From Labrys miyagiensis (GTDB taxonomy: Bacteria; Pseudomonadota; Alphaproteobacteria; Rhizobiales; Labraceae), in contig NZ_BSPC01000032.1 in NCBI RefSeq assembly GCF_030160835.1, positions 31,015 to 55,014 on the forward strand: a stretch of DNA of 24,000 nt, written 5' to 3'. Shown piece after piece: positions 15,330 to 22,742 of this stretch. The notes under the pieces are model-generated. The model ran no database searches and was not told the DNA's origin. It saw only the letters and a program-made list of their open reading frames with translations. The position numbers and the translations under genes were made by a program. How positions within the stretch are numbered: position 1 is the stretch's first letter; each line of letters begins with the position of its first letter.

Positions 15330-15720
15330 AGGGGAAGGAGCAAAAGCCGCCTGTGACGACGAGTCGACGGCATTGGACCTGCCTCGGAAGCCACGACGGC
15401 CTCTGTCGCAGCCGGGCCGCAAGTCACGCAGCAACTTAAGTCCCGTGACAGGGCCGGCCTTGCGCAGTCTTCAACAGGAGCGACGGGTGTCTTTCTCAAG
15501 GGAATGGGCCTGACTATCCATCCTGGGCCGTCACGGGCTGCGCCGCACTTCTGAGCGAAGTTAGCTCGACTTCCGTCCTACGCCATATGGCCGATCACCC
15601 TATTCGCAAGACGTAGGCATCAGCCCACCCAGACCCAAAAGAAAAACTGGAGGAAAAGCATCCGAAACGTCCGGATGCTTCCTGCCAAGAACTCCCTCCT
15701 CGTCCTGCTACCGATGCCGG

Positions 15721-15989
15721 TAGGGAATATCCTGGAAAGAATACATTCTTTCTGAGAGCCATCTTCTATATCATAAAGAAGAACATATTTCATCTCTAGA
15801 AGATCTTATTTGTTTGATAAAATTAAAAATAACAGAAAAATTCCAAACGATATTATTTTTAATATTCACAACTGACGCATGGTCAGCCAAATTATTGGTA
15901 TGCCCAAATCAAACAAAGATATTGACGTGAAGCCTTTGTTAGCTTTTGACTTCAGGAGTCACAGTTCGATTGCGTGAAATGGTATATTC
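15721..15989. promoter_or_regulatory. AT-rich island upstream of the bcs operon, the presumed promoter and regulatory region
   Basis: I counted 75 G+C in 15721-15960 (31%), and only 12/60 in 15781-15840, against about 60% or more in flanking genes. Many promoter-like hexamers are present, so I call no specific -35/-10. Confidence 0.5.
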
Positions 15990-17009
15990 ATGGAGCATCC
16001 CGCCGATGCCACAGGTTTGTCTCGACGGGGTACGAGCCATCCTTTGGTAATTCTACCAATCCAGCGCGCCAATCGTGCACAAAAAATACGCAGATGGTCA
16101 TGTAGATTTGCAATACTACTTTCCGTAGGGTCAAATTTCGCTCTGTCTGGCTGCGGCGCGCCACGCACGATCATATCCGGATCATCGGTCACGACGGTCC
16201 CGCCGGAGGCCGCCTTCGTCTCACTGGGTGCGAGCACACCGGCCGTCGTTTCCGTACTCCAGACCGCTTATGCGAATGCCACGCGGCAAACCATCGCGCT
16301 TGCAACCGATGGGTCTGCGCCAGGGCAGAACCAGTTGCGTGTCGACATCTTCGGCATCAGCAACGAGAACGCCGGCGCCGAAAGTACGCTGGCGGATCGC
16401 TCGCTCAGCGAGGATCAATTGACCACCGAGGCCGAGGCGGCGCTGCCGGGGGTGCCGCTGCACCGCTCGCTCACCTATGTGCAGAACCAGTACGGGCCGT
16501 TCGGCTATGCGCTCGGCCGGGCCGCGCGGGAATCGTGCATCTATGCCTGGCAGCGCATCGCGACACCGGACCTCGACGTTTCCCTGTTCAACCGGCGCGC
16601 CACCATCTCGATCCGCCTGCGCCTGTGCGAGCCCAATGCTACGGAGACCAATCTCGTCGCCGCCATGATGGGGCTGCATGTCAATGCCTCCCTGTCGAGC
16701 GGCAACTGGTCCCAGGCGCCGCGCCCCCTGTCCCCTGATCTTGGCGCCGCCGGTGCTCCGATGGGGCCCTCCCCCGCCTCGGCTGTGCCCGCGCCGGCCG
16801 GCCCCGCAAGAACCGGCACAAAGCGTGCGCGCAGGCCCGTGCGTGCAAGCGCAAAACCGGCACCCGCAACCACCCAGCCCGGCAACCCGCCTGAAGGAAA
16901 TGGTGTGACGATTCCCCCGCCTCCAGCAGTCGAGGCTCCCGGCACCGGAGCGCCAGCTGTCCCGCCGCCACCCGTGATTCCGGCGCCGCCCCAGGGAGCG
17001 CAGCCATGA
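15990..17009 (+). CDS. bcsN: Cellulose biosynthesis protein BcsN-like. Predicted lipoprotein with a proline-rich C-terminal tail.
   Basis: The 339-aa ORF's TGA overlaps the bcsA ATG (ATGA at 17006-17009). The lipobox A-L-S-G-C has its Cys at codon 55 (16152-16154). The start is uncertain: the ATG at 15990 lacks an SD, and in-frame TTGs at 16017 and 16044 would give a shorter signal peptide. The name rests on position immediately upstream of bcsA in alphaproteobacterial operons, using the Romling and Galperin nomenclature from memory. Confidence 0.6.
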   Translation: MEHPADATGLSRRGTSHPLVILPIQRANRAQKIRRWSCRFAILLSVGSNFALSGCGAPRTIISGSSVTTVPPEAAFVSLGASTPAVVSVLQTAYANATRQTIALATDGSAPGQNQLRVDIFGISNENAGAESTLADRSLSEDQLTTEAEAALPGVPLHRSLTYVQNQYGPFGYALGRAARESCIYAWQRIATPDLDVSLFNRRATISIRLRLCEPNATETNLVAAMMGLHVNASLSSGNWSQAPRPLSPDLGAAGAPMGPSPASAVPAPAGPARTGTKRARRPVRASAKPAPATTQPGNPPEGNGVTIPPPPAVEAPGTGAPAVPPPPVIPAPPQGAQP

Positions 17010-19204
17010 CCAAGGTCTTCGTCGCCCTGCTCTGGGCGCTCGCGTCTGTCTTCGTCCTCATATTGGTCACCCTGCCGATCAGCCAGCAGGCCCACCTCAT
17101 CGCCGGCACGGCGGTGGTGATCGCCATGGCATTCCTGAAGGTATTCAAACCGAGCGGCATCTGGCGTCCGGTCGCCCTTGCCCTCGGCACCTCCATCGTG
17201 CTGCGCTATGTCTACTGGCGCACCACCAGCACGCTGCCGCCGATCAACCAGCCGGAGAACTTCATCGTCGGCCTGACCGTCTATCTCGCCGAGATGTACT
17301 GCGTGTGCATGCTGGCGCTGTCGCTGTTCGTGGTGTCGTCGCCTTTGCCCTCGCGCGTGGCGCCGCGACTCAAGGACGAGGAACTGCCCAGCGTCGATGT
17401 CTTCGTCCCCAGCTACAACGAAGGCAGCGAACTCCTGGCAAGGACCCTGGCGGCGGCGAAAGGCATGGACTATCCGCCGGACAAACTCCATGTCTACCTG
17501 CTCGATGACGGTGGCACCGAACAGAAGCGCAATGCCCAGAACATCGAATCGGCAACGGAGGCACAGCAGCGCCATGCCGAACTGAAGAGCCTGTGCGCCG
17601 GACTGGGCGTGCATTATCTCACCCGCGCCCGCAACGAACACGCCAAGGCCGGCAATCTCAACAATGGCCTTGCCCACTCCTCCAGCGAGATCGTGGTCGT
17701 CTTCGATGCCGACCATGCCCCCGCCCGCGACTTCCTTCATTGCACCATCGGCTTCTTCAAGGACCACCCGAAGCTGTTCATGGTCCAGACGCCGCATTTC
17801 TTCCTCAACCCGGACCCGGTCGAGCGCAATCTGCGCACCTTCCTGAAGATGCCGTCCGAGAACGAGATGTTCTACGGCATCATCCAGCGCGGCCTCGACA
17901 AGTGGAATGCCTCCTTCTTCTGTGGCTCGGCCGCCGCCCTCAGCCGTGCGGCGCTCGCCGAGACCGGCGGCTTCAAGGGGCGCAGCATCACCGAGGATTG
18001 CGAGACGGCGATGGAACTCCATGCGCGCGGCTGGCATAGCATCTATGTCGACAAGCCCCTGATCGCGGGCCTGCAGCCGGCGACCTTTGCCAGCTTCATC
18101 GGCCAGCGCTCCCGCTGGGCACAGGGCATGGTGCAGATCTTCCTGTTCCAGCGCCCTTTCATGAAGCGCGGACTCAGCATCTCGCAGCGCATATGCTACA
18201 TGTCGAGCATCCTGTTCTGGTTTTTCCCGGTGGCGAGATTGATCTTTCTCATCGCGCCGATGTTTTACCTCTTTTTCAATCTGGAGATCTTCGTTTCATC
18301 AGGTCAGGAGTTTCTATCCTATACGCTCTCATACATGCTCGTGAACCTGATGATGCAGAACTATCTCTATGGTTCGTATCGCTGGCCCTGGGTTTCCGAG
18401 CTCTATGAATATGCGCAGACACTCTATCTCCTGCCGGCGCTCATCTCGGTGCTCATGCATCCCACCAAGCCAACCTTCCGGGTGACCGCCAAGGACGATT
18501 CGGTCGCCGAGAGCCGGCTGTCCGAGATCGCCTGGCCGCTCTTCGCCTTCTTCTGCGTGATGCTCGCCGGCATCGCCATGACGATCTTCCGGTTCATCGA
18601 ACAGCCCTACAAGGCGGATGTGACCGTGGTGGTCGGCCTGTGGAATATCCTGAACGTGCTGCTCGCCGGCTGCGCGCTCGGCGTGGTCTGCGAGCGTGGC
18701 GAGCGGCAGTCGACCCAGCGCGTGAAGGCGGACAGGCGGTGCGAGCTGACTTTCGGGGAAACCACCGTCAGCGCCATGATCGAGAACGTCTCGGCCTATG
18801 GCGCCGGCATCCGCCTGGTCGGCCCCGTCAAGGGCCTGTCGCGCGACAGCCATCTGCGCATCCGCTTCACCCCGTTGACGAAGCTGGATGGCGATCCCGA
18901 ACTGCCGGTCGTCGTCCGGAGGATCGACAGCAATGCCGGCACGACCACTGTGGGCGTGCGTTATGTGACGACGGAGCCGGTCCATTACCGCCTCATTGCC
19001 GATCTGCTCTATGCCAATTCGGATCGTTGGACGGCCTTCCAGGCGGGGCGCCGCTACAATCCGGGCCTGGTGCGTGGCACGATCTGGTTCTACGCCCTCG
19101 CTCTCAAGCAAACGATCAGGGGCCTGGTCTACCTCTATCGGGCCTCGGTACCGGCGCGCGCGGCAAGCGTGGCGCCCCAGAAAAGCGCGGGGGAGCCTAC
19201 ATGA
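17006..19204 (+). CDS. bcsA: Cellulose synthase catalytic subunit (UDP-forming) with C-terminal PilZ domain
   Basis: The 732-aa product carries GT2 motifs: VPSYNE, LLDDG, KAGNLN, VFDADH, QTPHFF, ITEDCET (TED) and QRSRWAQG (QxxRW). The C-terminal PilZ region has ...ERQSTQRV... and NVSAYG. Confidence 0.95.
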   Translation: MTKVFVALLWALASVFVLILVTLPISQQAHLIAGTAVVIAMAFLKVFKPSGIWRPVALALGTSIVLRYVYWRTTSTLPPINQPENFIVGLTVYLAEMYCVCMLALSLFVVSSPLPSRVAPRLKDEELPSVDVFVPSYNEGSELLARTLAAAKGMDYPPDKLHVYLLDDGGTEQKRNAQNIESATEAQQRHAELKSLCAGLGVHYLTRARNEHAKAGNLNNGLAHSSSEIVVVFDADHAPARDFLHCTIGFFKDHPKLFMVQTPHFFLNPDPVERNLRTFLKMPSENEMFYGIIQRGLDKWNASFFCGSAAALSRAALAETGGFKGRSITEDCETAMELHARGWHSIYVDKPLIAGLQPATFASFIGQRSRWAQGMVQIFLFQRPFMKRGLSISQRICYMSSILFWFFPVARLIFLIAPMFYLFFNLEIFVSSGQEFLSYTLSYMLVNLMMQNYLYGSYRWPWVSELYEYAQTLYLLPALISVLMHPTKPTFRVTAKDDSVAESRLSEIAWPLFAFFCVMLAGIAMTIFRFIEQPYKADVTVVVGLWNILNVLLAGCALGVVCERGERQSTQRVKADRRCELTFGETTVSAMIENVSAYGAGIRLVGPVKGLSRDSHLRIRFTPLTKLDGDPELPVVVRRIDSNAGTTTVGVRYVTTEPVHYRLIADLLYANSDRWTAFQAGRRYNPGLVRGTIWFYALALKQTIRGLVYLYRASVPARAASVAPQKSAGEPT

Positions 19205-21651
19205 GGCGCCTCGCCCCAACCCTTCTTGCCGTGGCGGTGATGCTGGCAGGCCTGCCCCAGTTGCGGGCGGAGGACTCGGCGTCTCCCTTCGACATGACAC
19301 CGGAACGCGGCAAAATACCTGCGCGGCCTGCAATGCCGCCGCCTGCCACACCCGAGCCCGCACAGACTGCTCCCGCACCCGCCGCTTCGACACCATCCAC
19401 GCCCAGCCCGCCCAAGGTGGAGCAGGCGGTGATCAGCCCGCTCGATCGCCCTATCCTGCCTTTCCGCCACCTCGTCCTGGAAGGGGAGATCGACAGCCGG
19501 GCCTGGAATGTCGTCCTGACCGGGGAGCAGGCCGCGAGCCCTGCCACGCTCACGCTCGGCTACAAGGCCGCCGTGATGGTGGCGCCGGAAACTTCGCGCC
19601 TTGCTCTTTTCGTCAACAACCAGGCCATCTTCGACGCGCCGGTGGCAGCCACCGACGAGGTCGGCAAGCTGTCGGCGGAGCTGCCTGCCGGTCTCCTGAA
19701 GGCTGGTGCCAATCTCTTCCGCCTGCAGATCGTCCAGCGCCACCGCACCGATTGCACCATCAGCTCCACCTATGAGTTGCGCACCGAGATCGACAGCACA
19801 GCGACGGCACTTCATTTCCGCGCTCCGGCGGCGGCACGCCTGTCACGCGTCGAGGATCTTGCCGCCATCGGCCCTGATTCCAATGGGCTCGCGCATCTGC
19901 GCATCCTCATGCCTTCCCTCGGCCGTAAGACCTTGACGGGTCCCGTGCTTCGCTTCTCCCAGGCCGCGGCCGTCCTGATCGCCATGCCGAGCCTCAGCAT
20001 CTCGGTCATGGCCCGCCCGGACGAACCCGTCGATCCCGGCACCGTGACGGCGGCCATCGGCACGGCCGATGAGTTGCGCCCGATGATACGGGGCCTGCCG
20101 GCGGATGCGGCCTCCCGCCCCATCGTGACCTTCGTCGACGACCCCGCCCTCGGCTCCTCCACCCTGGTGGTCTCGGGCCCCTCCTCTGCCGCGGTCTCGC
20201 AGGCCGTCGATGCCGTGGCAAGCCTGGCCGACAGGCCGAAGGGGCGCGCCCGCGACGTGCTAGACACCAGCCGCTGGTTTGCGCCCAATCCGCCGCTGCT
20301 CGTGCAGGCGAGCCACCTCAAGCTCGCCGATCTCGGCGTCAGCACGCAGGAATTTGCCGGCCGCCGCTTCAAGACCGAATTCCAGATCGGCATGCCCTCG
20401 GATTTCTACGCGGACTCCTCGGGCGAGGCGACCCTGCTGCTCGATGCGGCCTATAGCGGCGAGGTGCTGCCCGGCAGCCACATGGACATCTATGTCAACG
20501 GCGACATCGCTGCGACCACGCCGATGAGCACCAGCGGCGGGGACATCCTGCGGCACCTGCCGATCCGCATTCCGATGACCCATTTCCAGCCCGGCCCGAA
20601 CCGCATCACTTTCGAGGCCCAACTCCACACCAACGCCGACCTCGAATGCGCGACCGGGCCGACGAAGGGCAGCAACCGCTTCGCCCTGTTCGACAGCAGC
20701 GAGTTCGTGATGCCGGGCTACGCCCGCATCGCGCAGCTGCCCAATCTTGCGGCTCTCCAGGGCACGGCTTTTCCGTATAATTCCTCCACCGATCCGGTGG
20801 CGCTCGTGCTCAGCAGTTTCGACGCCGATACGATGTCGGCGGCGGCGACGCTGCTTGCCCGCATGGCGGTCGCGGCGGGGCGCCTGATCGAACTCGATCT
20901 CGATGCGCCCTCACTCGATAATCGCAACACGCTCTTCGTTGCCCCCGCCCCAGCAATCCCCGACCCCGTGCCGGCACAGCTCGACCTCGACGAGCAGTTG
21001 CGCAGCGGCTGGAAGGCCCGCGAGGAGGTACCGCAAGGCCCGGTCGTGGCCGGCAACACCCTCGGGCCTACCACGGCACCGACGCTTCCGGTGGCCGCCA
21101 GCGAACCGTCCGACACGCAGGAGACCTTCGATCGCTGGCGCGACACGCTGTCGACGGAAGGGAGCGGCTGGCAAGGCAATGTCAGCGCCTTCGAGGACTG
21201 GCTGCAGCGCACTTTCCAGGTCTCCAGCCAGACCCTGCGCTTCCTGCCCTCCCGTGATGTTCCCTATCATCCCTCGCGCGATGCCACGGTGATGATCGCC
21301 CAAGGCCCGAGCCCGAGTGGCGACAAGGCCTGGACGCTGATCACCGCTCCCACCGAGAACCTCCTGCGCCAAGGCGCAACCACCTTCACTGCCAGCCCGC
21401 AATGGTTCCAGCTCAGCGGCAGGCTGGTGACCTACAATGCGCGAGTCGCCGAGGTGCAGACCCAACCCGTCACCACCTTCTCCTTCATCCCCACCCAACC
21501 CGTTTCTTTCACCAATCTGCGCCTGGTCGCGGCGAACTGGCTGTCGGAAAACCTCCTGGCGTTCGCCGTCCTGCTTTTTGCCGCTTGCCTGCTGCTTGGC
21601 CTTGCAACAGCCTTGTTCCTGTCCCGCATAGGCCGGAGAAGTTCCCCATGA
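19201..21651 (+). CDS. bcsB: Cellulose synthase regulatory (periplasmic) subunit BcsB
   Basis: The track ORF 18640..21651 is an upstream extension that overlaps bcsA out of frame. The ATG at 19201 overlaps the bcsA TGA (ATGA) and gives the signal peptide MRRLAPTLLAVAVMLAGLPQLRAEDS. The 816-aa product has a single C-terminal TM anchor (LLAFAVLLFAACLLLGLATALFLSRIGRR), as in BcsB. Confidence 0.9.
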   Translation: MRRLAPTLLAVAVMLAGLPQLRAEDSASPFDMTPERGKIPARPAMPPPATPEPAQTAPAPAASTPSTPSPPKVEQAVISPLDRPILPFRHLVLEGEIDSRAWNVVLTGEQAASPATLTLGYKAAVMVAPETSRLALFVNNQAIFDAPVAATDEVGKLSAELPAGLLKAGANLFRLQIVQRHRTDCTISSTYELRTEIDSTATALHFRAPAAARLSRVEDLAAIGPDSNGLAHLRILMPSLGRKTLTGPVLRFSQAAAVLIAMPSLSISVMARPDEPVDPGTVTAAIGTADELRPMIRGLPADAASRPIVTFVDDPALGSSTLVVSGPSSAAVSQAVDAVASLADRPKGRARDVLDTSRWFAPNPPLLVQASHLKLADLGVSTQEFAGRRFKTEFQIGMPSDFYADSSGEATLLLDAAYSGEVLPGSHMDIYVNGDIAATTPMSTSGGDILRHLPIRIPMTHFQPGPNRITFEAQLHTNADLECATGPTKGSNRFALFDSSEFVMPGYARIAQLPNLAALQGTAFPYNSSTDPVALVLSSFDADTMSAAATLLARMAVAAGRLIELDLDAPSLDNRNTLFVAPAPAIPDPVPAQLDLDEQLRSGWKAREEVPQGPVVAGNTLGPTTAPTLPVAASEPSDTQETFDRWRDTLSTEGSGWQGNVSAFEDWLQRTFQVSSQTLRFLPSRDVPYHPSRDATVMIAQGPSPSGDKAWTLITAPTENLLRQGATTFTASPQWFQLSGRLVTYNARVAEVQTQPVTTFSFIPTQPVSFTNLRLVAANWLSENLLAFAVLLFAACLLLGLATALFLSRIGRRSSP

Positions 21652-22742
21652 CCAGGCGCCGCGGATCCGGCCCTATCCCCCTGCTGGCTGCGCTGGCCAT
21701 GACTGCGGCGTCCCTGCTGCCGCTCGGCCCCGGCCATGCGGCGCCACTGGGCGAGCCGGCCCGGCCGGGCACGCTGACAGCCCAGCAATGGCAGCCCTGG
21801 CGCGACCGCTTCGTGACGCTGGACGGACGCGTCGTCGATACCGCCAACAAGAATATCAGCCACAGCGAGGGCCAGGGCTACGGCCTCCTGCTCGCAGTGC
21901 TCGCGGAGGATCGCGAGACCTTCACGCGCATCTGGACCTTCACCCACAATGAGTTGCTGCTGCGCGACGACGGGCTGGCGGTCTGGCGCTGGGATCCCGA
22001 CAGCAAGCCGCATGTCACCGACATCAATGACGCCGCCGACGGCGACATCCTCATCGCCTATGCCCTCGCTCTGGGCGGCGATCTGTGGAAGGTAGCTTCC
22101 TGGACCGAGACTTCGCGCACCATGGCGGCCGCGATCGGCCAGCGGCTCGTGCATCGCGCCGAGAGCCGCACCATTCTGTTGCCGGGCGTGAAAGGCTTCG
22201 GTGCACAGGACCGGCCTGATGGCCCCGTGGTCAATCTCTCCTACTGGATCTTCGAGGCGCTGCCGGTGCTTGCGCATCTGGCGCCCAATGCCGACTGGCA
22301 GGCCCTGGCCGCCAGCGGGCACGACCTGGTACGGGAAGCGCGTTTCAGCAGCGCAGCGCTGCCAGCCGACTGGATCTCGCTGAAATCCGCCAAGCCTGCC
22401 TTGGCTTCCGGTTTCGCACCACGATTCAGTTATGACGCCGTGCGTATTCCACTCTATCTGGTGCGTGCCGGCGTGAGCGACCGGGATCTGCTCGAACCCT
22501 TCGCCAAGGCCTGGGGCGACGGCGGCGCAGCGCCGGCAATCGTCAATCTCGAAGATGGCCAGCCTGCCGGCACCATGGACGATCCCGGCTACCGCATGAT
22601 CGGGGCCGTGCTGCAATGCGCCCTGGAGCGCAAGCCTGTCCCGGCCGAGCTGCGCTCGCCGAAACTCGATGTCTATTATCCCGCCACGCTCTATCTGCTG
22701 GCCCTCGCCGGCGTGGCGCAACATTATCCGGAGTGCCTGTGA
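21648..22742 (+). CDS. bcsZ: Endo-1,4-beta-glucanase, glycoside hydrolase family 8
   Basis: The track ORF 21402..22742 is an extension. The ATG at 21648 overlaps the bcsB TGA (ATGA) and gives the signal peptide MTRRRGSGPIPLLAALAMTAASLLPLGPGHAAP. The 364-aa product has the GH8 catalytic motif SHSEGQGYGLLLAV and DGDILIAYAL. Confidence 0.9.
   Translation: MTRRRGSGPIPLLAALAMTAASLLPLGPGHAAPLGEPARPGTLTAQQWQPWRDRFVTLDGRVVDTANKNISHSEGQGYGLLLAVLAEDRETFTRIWTFTHNELLLRDDGLAVWRWDPDSKPHVTDINDAADGDILIAYALALGGDLWKVASWTETSRTMAAAIGQRLVHRAESRTILLPGVKGFGAQDRPDGPVVNLSYWIFEALPVLAHLAPNADWQALAASGHDLVREARFSSAALPADWISLKSAKPALASGFAPRFSYDAVRIPLYLVRAGVSDRDLLEPFAKAWGDGGAAPAIVNLEDGQPAGTMDDPGYRMIGAVLQCALERKPVPAELRSPKLDVYYPATLYLLALAGVAQHYPECL

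Noticed and set aside
15330-15655. A GC-rich, ~320-bp non-coding stretch after the aldo/keto reductase. I examined it as a possible c-di-GMP or other riboswitch leader for the bcs operon, or as a pseudogene.
   Set aside because: I recognise no GEMM-I/II or other riboswitch core sequences. It is separated from bcsN by the AT-rich island. Six-frame reading gave no protein-like segment. Only short (6-8 bp) inverted repeats are present. It remains unexplained, but nothing positive can be claimed.
15959-16237. 92-aa minus-strand ORF overlapping the 5' end of bcsN.
   Set aside because: It is antisense to bcsN, with no SD, and its composition is driven by the opposite-strand coding sequence.
2258-21647. 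Upstream extensions of real genes as given by the ORF track: kdpA from 2258, kdpB from 4007, kdpC from 6060, the exporter to 11341, the epimerase to 13284, bcsB from 18640 and bcsZ from 21402.
   Set aside because: The extensions run through intergenic repeats or overlap the preceding gene out of frame, and they lack family-typical N-termini. Internal ATGs with Shine-Dalgarno sequences, signal peptides or TM starts fit better. The track also evidently allows GTG/TTG starts.
273-22724. Eight long reverse-strand ORFs in the track: 273-1631, 1850-3973, 4346-6232, 6898-8409, 8680-10644, 16541-18037, 18329-19396 and 21432-22724.
   Set aside because: Each lies antisense to a confidently identified gene (gloB/DUF3052, kdpA, kdpB, kdpD, kdpD/E, bcsA, bcsA/B, bcsZ). 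Their translations are low-complexity Arg/Gly/Ala/Asp-rich with no recognisable motifs. This is the usual stop-codon-poor antisense frame of high-GC DNA.
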